The notes under the pieces are model-generated. The model worked only from the letters and a program-made list of their open reading frames with translations, was not told the origin of the DNA and searched no databases. From Terriglobia bacterium (GTDB taxonomy: Bacteria; Acidobacteriota; Terriglobia; 20CM-2-55-15): a stretch of DNA of 64,000 nt. Each line of letters starts with the position of its first letter. Positions within the stretch are counted from its first letter, which is position 1. The DNA is taken from NCBI GenBank assembly GCA_965198225.1, contig CBDAOY010000005.1, positions 832,001-896,000 of the forward strand, read 5' to 3'. Positions 29,993 through 40,083 of this stretch are shown one piece after another. Made by a program: the position numbers and the translations under genes.

Positions 29993-30768
29993 TGAGTAGA
30001 ACACAGGAAACATCGACGACGGAACCGGCGGGTAATGGCACGCTGCTGCGGCTAGAGGGAGCCTCCGTCGTGTTCGACGGGTTCAAAGCCCTGGACGTCG
30101 GGAAGTTCGATGTTGAGAGCAACGAACTGCGGGTCGTCATCGGTCCGAACGGGGCGGGCAAGACGACGCTGTGCGACGTGATCAGCGGGAAGACGCGCCT
30201 GTCGAGCGGAAGCGTGATGTTCGATGGCAGTGACATCACGCGCTGCAGCGAATTCGAGATTGCCCGCAAGGGGGTGGGACGAAAGTTCCAGACGCCGATG
30301 GGCTTCGGCAGCTTGACGGTGTACGAGAACGTCGAGCTGGCGCTGCCCGACTCTCACGGTGTGCTGGAGAACATGTGGAGCCGTCCTTCGCCGAAGGTCA
30401 AGGATGAGATCTTCGAGGTGCTGGAAGCGGTCGGTCTGGCTTATTCGTCACGCGTCAAGGCCCACAACCTGAGTCACGGCCAACGGCAGTCGCTGGAGAT
30501 CGCGATGCTCCTGATCGCCAAGCCGAAGCTCCTGCTCGTCGACGAGCCCGCCGCCGGCCTCAGCGATGCGGAGGCGTTCGGAACCGCCGAGCTGCTGCTC
30601 CGCCTCAAAGGACGACATACGATGATCGTGATCGAGCACGACATGGATTTCGTACGGCATCTGGACTCCCGCGTGACCGTGCTCAACGAAGGAAGGGTCC
30701 TGGCCGAGGGACCGATGCAGGAAGTGCAGACGAACCCGCTCGTAATCGAGGCATACCTGGGACGCTGA
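29989..30768 (+). CDS. urtD: Urea ABC transporter ATP-binding protein UrtD
   Basis: GPNGAGKTT, GRKFQTP, LSHGQRQ, LLVDEP, IEHDM, EAYLGR. Confidence 0.93.
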   Translation: MMSRTQETSTTEPAGNGTLLRLEGASVVFDGFKALDVGKFDVESNELRVVIGPNGAGKTTLCDVISGKTRLSSGSVMFDGSDITRCSEFEIARKGVGRKFQTPMGFGSLTVYENVELALPDSHGVLENMWSRPSPKVKDEIFEVLEAVGLAYSSRVKAHNLSHGQRQSLEIAMLLIAKPKLLLVDEPAAGLSDAEAFGTAELLLRLKGRHTMIVIEHDMDFVRHLDSRVTVLNEGRVLAEGPMQEVQTNPLVIEAYLGR

Positions 30769-30774
30769 TAGACG

Positions 30775-31470
30775 ATGCTTCAGATTCAGAACCTGTCGTT
30801 TTCATACGGCGCCGCACTGGTGTTCGACGAGATCGACATGAGCATGCCCGAAGGGAAGGTGACCTGCATCATCGGTCGCAACGGAGTCGGGAAAACGACC
30901 CTTCTGATGAACGTCATGGGTGTCCTTCGACCGACGACGGGTTCCATCCTTCTGGGGGACACCGACATGACGCAAATGGCGCCGGAAGCGCGTGCCCGGG
31001 CCGGCTTGGGGCTGGTGCCGCAGGGTCGACGCATCTTCGGGCGACTGACGGTCGAAGAAAACCTCAGGATCGGTCTCGAGGCGCGAGGCGATGGCATTAC
31101 CGAGGTTCCCGAAGAAGTGTACGACCTGTTTCCGGTCCTCAAGACCATGTCGAACCGGATGGGTGGAGATCTGTCCGGAGGGCAGCAACAGCAGCTCGCG
31201 ATCGCGCGAGCCCTGATCGGTCGTCCCAAGGTACTGATGCTCGACGAGCCGACCGAAGGGATCCAACCAAACATCATCCAGGAGATTGGCCGGGTCCTGC
31301 ACCGGCTCGTCGATGAGCTGAAGATCACGGTCGTGATGGTGGAGCAGTACCTGGCCTTCGTCCAGGACGTCGGTCACCGCTTCTACCTCATGGATCGCCG
31401 TCGGGTCGTTGCCGAGGGGCCTACCGCCGACCTTACTTCGGATCTGATACACAGGCATCTGCAGGTGTAG
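30775..31470 (+). CDS. urtE: Urea ABC transporter ATP-binding protein UrtE
   Basis: GRNGVGKTT, LSGGQQQQLAIARAL, LDEPTEGIQP. Confidence 0.93.
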   Translation: MLQIQNLSFSYGAALVFDEIDMSMPEGKVTCIIGRNGVGKTTLLMNVMGVLRPTTGSILLGDTDMTQMAPEARARAGLGLVPQGRRIFGRLTVEENLRIGLEARGDGITEVPEEVYDLFPVLKTMSNRMGGDLSGGQQQQLAIARALIGRPKVLMLDEPTEGIQPNIIQEIGRVLHRLVDELKITVVMVEQYLAFVQDVGHRFYLMDRRRVVAEGPTADLTSDLIHRHLQV

Positions 31471-31504
31471 GGGAGGGGGGAGGGGAACGTAGGCCGTAGG
31501 CCGA

Positions 31505-31670
31505 CTCAATTTGAGATTTCGAATTTCCAATCTCGAATTTCCAATGTGGAATGTTCGTTAGCCAACCTGCAATGACCGCGCACGAATCCGTCTTAGATGC
31601 ATTGCAGATTTTCTGTCGGAAAATCCGCATTGGAAATTTCATCATTGGAAAATGGAAATTGGAGATTGAG
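31505..31670. repeat. Inverted blocks of degenerate AT-rich heptamer repeats
   Basis: ATTTCGAATTTCCAATCTCGAATTTCCAATG on the left; CATTGGAAAATGGAAATTGGAGATTGAG on the right. Confidence 0.6.
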
Positions 31671-31671
31671 T

Positions 31672-31694
31672 GTAGGTGCGGTCTATGACCGCAC
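31672..31694. repeat. Single GTAG-family REP
   Basis: GTAGGTGCGGTCTATGACCGCAC. Confidence 0.8.
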
Positions 31695-31711
31695 ACGGCT
31701 GCTGCCAAGAC

Positions 31712-31874
31712 TCCCCTCCTTGGATAGATAAGGAGGGGTGGATGCGCCGCCAGGCGCAGACGGGGTGGTTCGAATTCACCGGGTGGATGCGCCGCCAGGT
31801 GCAGACGGGGCAGTTGAATTTCTGATCAACACCACCCCGGCGCTTCGCGCCACCCCTCCTCAGCTGAGGAGGGG
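31712..31874. repeat. Second palindromic repeat family (CCCCTCCT...AGGAGGGG hairpins)
   Basis: CCCCTCCTT...AAGGAGGGG and CACCCCGGCGCTTCGCGCCACCCCTCCTCAGCTGAGGAGGGG; related copies at about 52736-52815 and 53078-53125. Confidence 0.72.
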
Positions 31875-31891
31875 TGCTTTGGGGGATCGGG

Positions 31892-33751
31892 CTACGTGAT
31901 TTGGATCACGACCTCGCTCTCCCGTTCTTGAAACAGCACCTCGACCAGGCTCGCCCGGCGGTCCAGGACGGCGCGTTGGTTGATGTAGCCCTTGTCGGTG
32001 ATTTCGCCGGCGTCGATCGAGGGTGGCTCTTCCAGGACCAGTGCCCGCGTGGCGTAGGTCGAACTGCCGGAACCTTGCGCACGCAGCGATTCCATTCCAT
32101 CCCGGATTCGTTCCCGAACGCGTTCGTCTGCCAGCACTACAGCGAGGGAAGCTTCGTCGTCGAGTTCGGGGCACAGGCCGCGGCATCCCGACAGGTTCGG
32201 CATGATCAAGAAGCCGATTTCGTCGCGGTCGTGGCCCGCGATGACGATGTCCTGTGCGACCGGGCTCAGAGCCGAAATCGCACGCACGCGAAGCGCGCCG
32301 GTGTGGACCCATGTGCCGGTCGTCAGTTTGAACTCTTCGGCCAGGCGGCCAGCGAACTCGATGCCTTTCGATGAGTCATCGGTGTCCGCGAAACGGCCGG
32401 CGTCGCCGATCTTGTAGAAGCCCTCGTCGTCGAACGCCGCATCGGTGAGGTCGTCCCTCCGCCAGTACCCGGGTGTGACGTTCGGGCCCCGTACGAGCAA
32501 CTCGTACTTTTCGCCATCGCCGGTGGGAACCATCTTGACCTCACATCCCGGAACCGGAAGCCCGATCACACTCGGTCGAACGGGCTCAAAGTGCGCCGAG
32601 GTCACCAGCGGCGCGGTCTCGGTCGATCCCCAGGATGAAGTCAGCCGCACGCGCCTACCCAGTTGGGCGATCGAAAGACGGTCGAGGCGCTCATAGAGGC
32701 TTGCCGGAAGCGCGGCTGCAGCGTACAGGATCAGCTTCAAACGTTCGAAGAAACTGCTTCGCAAAGCCGCGTCGGATTCCAGGTGGGGCATCAGGAGGTC
32801 GTATCCGCGGGGCGCGTTGAGGTAGATGGTAGGCGAGATCTCGCTGAGATTACGGACGGTCTTCGCGATCAGTCCCGGCGCCGGCTTGCCGTCATCGATG
32901 TAGAGCTGCCCGCCTTGCGCCATCACGAGGTTGAAGTTGTGGTTGCCGCCGAAAGTGTGGTTCCAGGGGAGCCAGTCGACCAGAACCGGCGGCTCTTGGG
33001 TCACGAAGGGCCAGCAGACGGCCAGCATCGCCTGGTTCGAACAGAGCATGCGCTGCGTGTTGATCACGGCCTTGGGTTGGCCGGTGGAACCGGAGGTGAG
33101 CAGGAACTTCGCGATCGTGTCGCCGTTCACAGTCGCGAAGGCCGCGTCGACCGCCCCCTGAGGGGAGTCTTCGAGAAGCCCTTCGAAAGGCATAGACGGC
33201 CTCCGGACGCCTTCCGGGTTGCCTGAAACGACCAGCTCGAATTCGCGTTCACCCAGCGCGTCGATTGCATGCGCAAACCGGTTTGCATCATGGACGAAGA
33301 CCAAGCCGGGCTGCAGCAGGTCGAAGACTGTCCGCAGTTTGCCGAAGTCTTTCGACATGAGCGAGTAGGCGGGCGAGACCGGCGCGACCGGCACGCCGAT
33401 GTGCATCGCGGCCAGGGCGACGAGACCGTGCTCGATGGAGTTATCCGACAGGACCACGACCGGACGATCCGCCGAGAGATCTCTTTTCAGGAGATTGGCG
33501 GCAATCGCCCGCACTTGGCTCCTGGCATCGGCCCAGGCCAGGGTCCGCCAACTCCCCGCTTCACGCTGTGCAAGGAACGTTGCATCCGCTTTCTCCTGCG
33601 CCCACCGTTCCAGGTACTCGCCCAGGCATCGCGGGTAGGACGGAAGGGCCACCGGCGACCGGGCGACGAGGGAGCCGTCGTCCTTGGCTTCGAGATCGAC
33701 TCTGGCGGGGAGAAATTCGACCGGCACGAACGGGGCGTTGTCTTCTGACAT
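31892..33751 (-). CDS. fcs: Feruloyl-CoA synthase-like acyl-CoA ligase
   Basis: FLLTSGSTGQPKAV, DWLPWNHTFGGNHN, WGSTETAP, EITDKGYINQR. Confidence 0.85.
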   Translation of the reverse strand: MSEDNAPFVPVEFLPARVDLEAKDDGSLVARSPVALPSYPRCLGEYLERWAQEKADATFLAQREAGSWRTLAWADARSQVRAIAANLLKRDLSADRPVVVLSDNSIEHGLVALAAMHIGVPVAPVSPAYSLMSKDFGKLRTVFDLLQPGLVFVHDANRFAHAIDALGEREFELVVSGNPEGVRRPSMPFEGLLEDSPQGAVDAAFATVNGDTIAKFLLTSGSTGQPKAVINTQRMLCSNQAMLAVCWPFVTQEPPVLVDWLPWNHTFGGNHNFNLVMAQGGQLYIDDGKPAPGLIAKTVRNLSEISPTIYLNAPRGYDLLMPHLESDAALRSSFFERLKLILYAAAALPASLYERLDRLSIAQLGRRVRLTSSWGSTETAPLVTSAHFEPVRPSVIGLPVPGCEVKMVPTGDGEKYELLVRGPNVTPGYWRRDDLTDAAFDDEGFYKIGDAGRFADTDDSSKGIEFAGRLAEEFKLTTGTWVHTGALRVRAISALSPVAQDIVIAGHDRDEIGFLIMPNLSGCRGLCPELDDEASLAVVLADERVRERIRDGMESLRAQGSGSSTYATRALVLEEPPSIDAGEITDKGYINQRAVLDRRASLVEVLFQERESEVVIQIT

Positions 33752-33809
33752 AGCGGTTGATTCAGACCCAGGGTTTCAACGGGGTAGAATACCCTATTCG
33801 GGCTAGGGT

Positions 33810-33957
33810 GTAGGTGCGGTCTATGACTGTCCATGACCGCACACGTTTCGATTGGTGAGACTTTTGTGCGCTCATAGAGCGCACCTACACCCCAGCGAAA
33901 GATACGCGGTGGGTGAATGTAGTGTCACGCAACTGTAGGTGCGGTCTATGACCGCAC
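33810..33957. repeat. GTAG-family REP cluster (three units)
   Basis: Units at about 33810-33843, 33866-33888 (inverted) and 33935-33957. Confidence 0.78.
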
Positions 33958-33977
33958 ACATTTCGGACCGAAACGAT

Positions 33978-34550
33978 GTGCGAAGTCCAACCGTGCCGGT
34001 ATACATTCTTGCCGGAGGCCGGAGCCGGCGCTACGGAAGCGACAAGGCCCGGCTCGTCATCGAGGGGCAGCCCCTCCTGGTTCGGGTCGCGCGCGAGTTG
34101 GCCGACCTGGCGTCGTCCATGACCGTCGTCGCGAGGTCGGCCGGGGACTATGATGACCTGGGGTTGAGGACCATCCGTGACTCGATACCCGACAAGGGAC
34201 CGATGGGAGGGCTCCTTGCGGCCTTCGAGGATGCCGGTCCGGCCGAGTGGCTCTTTCTTACCGCCTGCGACTGGGTCGGAATCCGCGTCGGGTGGGCTCG
34301 CAAACTGGTCGACGCGCGGAGGGAAGATGTCCGGGCTGTCGTCTATCGTTCCGACCGTTATCATCCGCTCTTCGGCCTGTATCATACGGCCGCACAGGAC
34401 GACGTCCTGCGTCATATCCATGACGACGATCTGAAGATGCAACACCTGCTCGACCGATTGCCCACTCGATCGATGCCGGTTCCCGATGACTGGGACGAGT
34501 TGATCAACCTGAACCGCCCGGCGGAGAAAAACGGCCATGGCGAAGCCTAG
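33978..34550 (+). CDS. mobA: Molybdenum cofactor guanylyltransferase (start uncertain)
   Basis: ILAGGRSRRYGSDKA, GPMGG, ACD, HPLFGLY, NLNRP. Confidence 0.88.
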   Translation: MRSPTVPVYILAGGRSRRYGSDKARLVIEGQPLLVRVARELADLASSMTVVARSAGDYDDLGLRTIRDSIPDKGPMGGLLAAFEDAGPAEWLFLTACDWVGIRVGWARKLVDARREDVRAVVYRSDRYHPLFGLYHTAAQDDVLRHIHDDDLKMQHLLDRLPTRSMPVPDDWDELINLNRPAEKNGHGEA

Positions 34551-36717
34551 AATATCCTCCGGCGGAGGTTGGGCCGCGATCGACTACGCCATCCGGAAGG
34601 GCCTGGAGACGGGCGGCCTGTTCAAGTTCTACCGGCGTATGCGCACGCGTAACACCTGCAAGACCTGTGCGCTCGGGATGGGTGGTCGGAGTGGCGGGAT
34701 GGTGAACGAGTCGGGTGGGTTCCCGGAGGTGTGCAAGAAGTCTCTGCAGGCTCAGGCCGGCGACATGCAGGGGCCGATTACGGAGAGTCTGCTTCATGCC
34801 TACCCCTTTGCCCACCTGAAAACTCTCACTTCCGCTGAGCTCGACCGCCTGGGCCGAATCGCCTTTCCCATGATCGCCGAAGACGGCGACGCGCATTACC
34901 GGCGTATCAGCTGGGATGCCGCGTTGGACTTTGCGGCCGAGGCGTTTCGCGACGCATCACCCGAGGAGGTGTTCTTCTATTCCTCAGGCCGTTCGAGCAA
35001 TGAGGCGGCCTTCCTGATGCAGGTCGTGGCACGCGCCTACGGCACGCCGAACATAAACAACTGCTCCTGCTACTGTCACAACGCCTCCGGAGTCGGCCTT
35101 TCTCGAGTCTACGGTTCGGGGACGGCGTCGGTCGTACTCGAAGACCTGGAAAAGGCGGATCTGGCATTGATCGCGGGCGCAAACCCGGCCAGCAATCACC
35201 CCAGGCTGATCAGCCAGCTGGTCCGACTGCGCCGGCGCGGCGGATGTGTGATCGTCGTCAACCCGCTTCGCGAGCTGGGGTTGACCCGTTTCCGCGTGCC
35301 GTCGGATTGGCGGAGCATGCTGTTCGGGTCGACGGTTTCGGATCTGTACCTGCAGCCCCACGTGGGTTCCGACGTCGCGCTTTTCAAAGCCCTGCTGAAG
35401 GGGATCCTCGAGCGCGGCGGGGTGGACGAGGACTACGTGCGTCACTACACGGGCGGATGGGACGCGGTAAAAGCTGACATCGAAGCGGAGTCCTGGGACG
35501 ACCTGCTGTCTTCCTGCGGAGTCGGATCTGATCAGGTCGCGTCCGCCACCGAGATGCTCATCCGAGCCAGGCGCGGCGTTTTCTGCTGGGCGATGGGACT
35601 GACCCATCACGAGCACGGCGTCGACAACGTCCTTGCCCTGTCCAACATGGCCCTGGCCCGTGGCTGGCTGGGCCGGCCCGGAACCGGTCTGCTCCCGATT
35701 CGCGGCCACTCGAACGTCCAGGGCGTGGGTTCGGTCGGGGTCACCCCTGTACTGAAGAAGGCGTTCGCCGAGAGGCTCGAGAGACTTTACGGCATCGAAC
35801 AGCGCGAAGGCGTCGGCATGGACACGTTCCGTTCCATGGAAGCGGCATCCGAAGGCCGAATCCGGGCGGCTTTCCTGCTCGGCGGGAACCTGTTTGCGAG
35901 CAACCCGGACCGTGACTGGGCTTCCGCGAGTCTGCGGAAGATTCCCACTTCCATCCATGTGTCGACAAAGCTCAACGAAGGCCACGTCCACGGCCGTGGG
36001 AGCCGCACGATGATCCTGCCGGCGCTTGCGCGTGATGAGGAGTTGCAGGCGACGACACAGGAGTCGATGTTCAACTTTGTGCGCCTGTCGGCCGGTGGTG
36101 TTCAGGCCGCGGGAAGCGAGATGCGCTCCGAGGTCGAAATCATCGCATCCCTGGCGGAGCGTATTCTCCCGGAAGACCGGTTCGATTGGACCTCGTTGCG
36201 CTCGCATCGCGAACTGCGTACAGCCATCTCGGCGACCGTTCCCGGCTACGAAGCGATCGGCGAGATCGACGGACGGGGCGGTGAATTCCAGATCAACGGC
36301 CGAACCTTCCACGAACCGACATTTTCGACTCCCGACGGCAAAGCCCATTTTCACGTGACACCGTTGCCGGATTTCAGTGCAGCTGAGGGCGAGTTCCGCT
36401 TGATGACACTGCGTTCGGAGGGGCAGTTCAACACCGTTGTCTACGAGGAAGAGGACCTGTACCGCGGAAATACGCGCCGCGACGTGGTCATGATGGCCGA
36501 GGCGGACGCGGGCCGGATGAACCTGGCCGAGGGCGATCGTGTGGCAGTCGTTACCGGAACAGGTCGTCTCGAAGTCGTGGTCGCAATCGTCGACATCCGG
36601 GCCGGCAACCTTGCCATGTACTACCCCGAAGCCAATGTGCTCGTGCCAAGGCGCGTCGACAAGCTTTCTGGAACACCTGCCTTCAAGTCGGTCCGGGCTC
36701 GAATCGAGCGATGTTAG
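34537..36717 (+). CDS. FdhF/YdeP-family molybdopterin oxidoreductase
   Basis: CKTCALGMGG, YSSGRSSNEA, NNCSCYCH, NPASNHPR, PIRGHSNVQG, TLRSEGQFNT, PAFKS. Confidence 0.9.
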   Translation: MAKPRISSGGGWAAIDYAIRKGLETGGLFKFYRRMRTRNTCKTCALGMGGRSGGMVNESGGFPEVCKKSLQAQAGDMQGPITESLLHAYPFAHLKTLTSAELDRLGRIAFPMIAEDGDAHYRRISWDAALDFAAEAFRDASPEEVFFYSSGRSSNEAAFLMQVVARAYGTPNINNCSCYCHNASGVGLSRVYGSGTASVVLEDLEKADLALIAGANPASNHPRLISQLVRLRRRGGCVIVVNPLRELGLTRFRVPSDWRSMLFGSTVSDLYLQPHVGSDVALFKALLKGILERGGVDEDYVRHYTGGWDAVKADIEAESWDDLLSSCGVGSDQVASATEMLIRARRGVFCWAMGLTHHEHGVDNVLALSNMALARGWLGRPGTGLLPIRGHSNVQGVGSVGVTPVLKKAFAERLERLYGIEQREGVGMDTFRSMEAASEGRIRAAFLLGGNLFASNPDRDWASASLRKIPTSIHVSTKLNEGHVHGRGSRTMILPALARDEELQATTQESMFNFVRLSAGGVQAAGSEMRSEVEIIASLAERILPEDRFDWTSLRSHRELRTAISATVPGYEAIGEIDGRGGEFQINGRTFHEPTFSTPDGKAHFHVTPLPDFSAAEGEFRLMTLRSEGQFNTVVYEEEDLYRGNTRRDVVMMAEADAGRMNLAEGDRVAVVTGTGRLEVVVAIVDIRAGNLAMYYPEANVLVPRRVDKLSGTPAFKSVRARIERC

Positions 36718-36721
36718 CTGT

Positions 36722-36987
36722 GTAGGTGCGGTCTATGACCGCACATTCTTCGAACCGAAACACGTGCGCTCATACAAGCTGTGAACGAATGCCATTTGTT
36801 TGAGAATCGGGTGGCGGGGCTTTTCATGAAGAACCTGCGATCCTCAAGTGTAGGTGCGCTCTATGAGCGCACAAATGCCCGCGGGACCACAAGTTGTGCG
36901 GTCATAGACCGCACCTACACTTGAAAAGCCCCGCCACCCGTTTTTCCGTTCCCATAATTCGTTCACAGCTTCATAGAGCGCACCTAC
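36722..36987. repeat. REP doublet containing a MITE that itself contains a second REP doublet
   Basis: Outer REP split at its loop; inverted ends AAGCTGTGAACGAAT / ATTCGTTCACAGCTT; inner REP pair at about 36850-36918. Confidence 0.75.
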
Positions 36988-37017
36988 ACCTGATCCAAGA
37001 GCTTTGCTTGCATCCGG

Positions 37018-37623
37018 CTAGCGTGGTGGATCTCGAAGCTCTGTGATTTGACGCGCCCTGGTTTCGAGCGCGACGGATCTTTCCTGGACCTCTTGAAGCA
37101 AGATGAAGGCGTCCCGGTAGTTTCCGCCTTCGAAAGTTTCCCGAGCCAGGGTGAGCGTCGCGAAGATGCCGGCGAGTTCATCGTCGAGTGTCTGTAGATC
37201 CCGTCTCGTCACCGGGCCGGCCCGCGCCCTCTCAAGGGTCTCGACGGCGACTTGAAACAGGCGCTCGGCTTCGGGCACCGCGTTCTGGGCCTGCCGAAAT
37301 ACACGGTCCCTGTTCTCCATGGCGAGCACCGCGGCTTGACCGGCCTGCTCGTACGCTCGTACGCCAGGTCGAGGAGATCGACCGCAGCTCTGTAGTCCCG
37401 ACGCCAGGGCGGCTCGGCTTCCTGTTCCTCGATCGCCATCGCTCCACTTTCGAGATTCATCAAGGCGAAGTCGTATTCGTCGGCAGCGTAGATGTCCGCT
37501 TCGGCATCCAACGCCTGGGCCAGGGCCTCTTCGACCTGTTGTAGCTCCAATACCGGCTTTTCAGCGCATCCCGCCAGCAGGCAGAGTCCAAAGACCAGGA
37601 TTGGTTTGCGACCACTTCTCATG
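37018..37623 (-). pseudogene. DUF4398-like lipoprotein frameshifted by an 8-bp tandem duplication
   Basis: Lipobox LLAGC; AEADIYA; GCTCGTAC doubled at 37347-37362, and removing one copy joins the two ORFs. Confidence 0.72.
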
Positions 37624-37721
37624 TCGCTTCCTCTATATGGCGAACGCTCCTCCGGAGTCAACCTATCTGGAACGGTAGCGAGGAGAGGCGGTGGCCCGGG
37701 AAAAGGGTGGGTGGCGGTCTT

Positions 37722-38636
37722 CTACGCCCGCTTCAAGACGACGAGGCTCACGTCGTCCGACGGTTTGCCGAAGCTCATCATGTCTTCCGTGATCGCATCG
37801 TAGATTTGGCGGGCCGATCGATCCTTAGCGTCGCGAAGGGTCCGCTCGAGATGATGGGGGAAGTAGCCTTCCGTACCGTTGGTATGTTCAGCCAGACCGT
37901 CTGTGTAAAGCAGCAGGATGTCGCCCTCTCCCATCAGTTTCCACTCGTTGAGCTGATACTGGTCCTTGAAACCGAGAACGCTCCCCCTCGTCCCACTATC
38001 GATCAACCCCTGAGACGGGAGCGTTCCGATGGGTGGAAACGTCACGGCCAGGTCCTCATGAACTTCCATAAACCGGTCCTGCTCGCTCGAGAACACGACA
38101 GGGTGCGGATGGGCCGCGGTCAGAAATCGGAAGGTGAAGTCTTCGGAAATCTCGCCGTAGATCATCGTGACGAACTTTCTCACGCTGGAGGAATCGTAGA
38201 ATCTCGTGTTCAGGTTCTCGAAGAGGTGCTTCGTGATGTGACCGAACATGTCGAGCTCATAGATCGCACCCAACAGGAAGGCCTGGTGCATCATGGCCGC
38301 CAGAAGCGCGTCGGTGGCCCTGTGGCCGGCGACGTCGATGAGTGCGATCCCGGCCATCCTGCGGCAGCGTTCGAGGTGTGCCACGACGTCGCTTCTTCCG
38401 TCTGCCGCAGCCTGCCGGATGCGGGCTTCCATGTCGTAGCGCTGTTTGAAATCGACGTAAATGATGTGGTCGCCACCGACCACTCCATTCAGAGGGATCG
38501 TGTCGCCGAAGACGTCGATTCCGGCCAGCCTCGGAATCTCACCCGGCAGCGGCGTGATGTTTCCGGCGATGTCCTGGAAATTATCCAGCTCGCTTCGAAG
38601 CTGGTGGAGGGAAGTCTTGCTGTCGGATTCGGACAT
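37722..38636 (-). CDS. PP2C/SpoIIE-family phosphatase
   Basis: VGGDH, IDVAGH, AAHP, LLLYTDGLAE, DDVSLVV. Confidence 0.88.
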   Translation of the reverse strand: MSESDSKTSLHQLRSELDNFQDIAGNITPLPGEIPRLAGIDVFGDTIPLNGVVGGDHIIYVDFKQRYDMEARIRQAAADGRSDVVAHLERCRRMAGIALIDVAGHRATDALLAAMMHQAFLLGAIYELDMFGHITKHLFENLNTRFYDSSSVRKFVTMIYGEISEDFTFRFLTAAHPHPVVFSSEQDRFMEVHEDLAVTFPPIGTLPSQGLIDSGTRGSVLGFKDQYQLNEWKLMGEGDILLLYTDGLAEHTNGTEGYFPHHLERTLRDAKDRSARQIYDAITEDMMSFGKPSDDVSLVVLKRA

Positions 38637-38669
38637 AGCGTGTGAGATGCCGTGCAGGCCTGGGAGGCG

Positions 38670-39053
38670 TCAGTGTCGACCCTCGTGCGTCCACCGGGGG
38701 TCCTCAAAGCGCTGTATTTCGATCAGATATCCGTTGGGGTCCCGAAGGAGGCAGTGGTAGATCCGGTACTCCGCGTTATGGGACGGGGGCTTTTCGAATT
38801 CGACGCCCTGCTCCCGGATTTGCTCGTACCAGCCGTCCACGTCGTCGGTGACGAGCGTTATGAAGATGCCGTCCGGGTCTCGAACCTCGTCGCGCCGGCA
38901 GAACCCGATGAACGCGTTGCCGTTCGTGGAGTAGATCCGACACGATCCCTGGTCCAGCGCCAACGGCAGGGCCAGGACGTTCTCGTAAAACGCGGCCGTC
39001 CGGGCAAGATCCGTCGTCGGGAAGAAGGTGATCTGGGACTGAATATCCCTCAT
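38670..39053 (-). CDS. VOC/glyoxalase family protein
   Basis: DLARTAAFYENVL, VTDDVD, RDPNGYLIEI. Confidence 0.88.
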   Translation of the reverse strand: MRDIQSQITFFPTTDLARTAAFYENVLALPLALDQGSCRIYSTNGNAFIGFCRRDEVRDPDGIFITLVTDDVDGWYEQIREQGVEFEKPPSHNAEYRIYHCLLRDPNGYLIEIQRFEDPRWTHEGRH

Positions 39054-39913
39054 CCGCCCGGAGGAACCTCGCCTTTGAATTCCAGGGTGATATCGACGAT
39101 CGCAATTTCGACGCGTCGGTTCTTCGCGCGAGCCGCCGAGGTGGTTTCGGCAACCCGGGGGCTGGATTTGCCGTATCCCTTCGCGCTGATGATCGTTGGA
39201 TCGATGCCCGCTTCGATCAGGTAGTCCGTGACGGCACGCGCGCGCTGCTCAGACAGATCCAGGTTGTAGACGTCCGAGCCTACATCATCGGTGTGGCCGT
39301 AGACGTAGATCGAATGGCCGGGTGACGTCAACAGGATGCCCGCGATGCGACTGAGTAACTCGCGGTTCTGCGGCCGCAGTTCGGCCCGATCGAAATCGAA
39401 CTCGACGGCGTCGCTTCCCAGGTTCATCACCAGCCCCAGCGCCGTCCGCCTGGTCTCTGCGACCTCACTCAAAGCTTCATACAGACGGTCCAGTTCTCGC
39501 TGACGTTCCTCCCGGATCGTGGCTGCTTCCTGGCGCGCCAGTTCGGCATCCCGGTTTGCAGATTCGGCTTCGTCGCGGGCCGCGGCCGCTTCGTCCTCCG
39601 CCTCCCTACGGGCCCCGGCGGCTTCGTCCGCCCGGCGGGCGGACGCGCCGGCCCGCTCCAGTGCCGCCGAAGCGGCGGCGGCGGAATCCTGCGCCATCCC
39701 GGCAGCCGTCCTGCTCTCGAGCGCAACCGATTCGACGTGTTGGTTCAATGCCGCCATCTGCCGGCGCAATCCCCGTAACTCGTTGAGGGTCAGTGCGCCA
39801 GCTCCGATCGCAATTGTCGCCAGGGCGATGGCGAGGACGGTCCACCGTCGCGACGAAGCGGGAGCGGGACCCGGCGGTGGGCTGGGTTCGTTCGGCATCG
39901 GTGTTTTCTCCAC
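39050..39913 (-). CDS. OmpA-family protein with N-terminal anchor and Ala-rich coiled coil
   Basis: FDFDRAEL, GHTDDVG, NLDLSEQRA, GYGKSSP, KNRRVEI. Confidence 0.9.
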   Translation of the reverse strand: MEKTPMPNEPSPPPGPAPASSRRWTVLAIALATIAIGAGALTLNELRGLRRQMAALNQHVESVALESRTAAGMAQDSAAAASAALERAGASARRADEAAGARREAEDEAAAARDEAESANRDAELARQEAATIREERQRELDRLYEALSEVAETRRTALGLVMNLGSDAVEFDFDRAELRPQNRELLSRIAGILLTSPGHSIYVYGHTDDVGSDVYNLDLSEQRARAVTDYLIEAGIDPTIISAKGYGKSSPRVAETTSAARAKNRRVEIAIVDITLEFKGEVPPGG

Positions 39914-40083
39914 TAGTTCATTCTACCGAAAAAATATTCGAAATTTTCGGTTAGGCGATCAGCCGTCGGCTACCAGCTCAATCGGTTGGGACTATCGCCC
40001 CGTTTTCGAAACGAGATCGAGCGGGCGCCGACCGGCCAGGCCACTAGTTGACTCCCCGACGATGGCATGCCATCGTCGGGGCG

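Noticed and set aside
39519-40083. N-terminal extension of the 642-aa ORF
   Set aside because: It overlaps the OmpA gene antisense; the real start is more likely ATG 40084 in another frame, before the 14-bp lesion.
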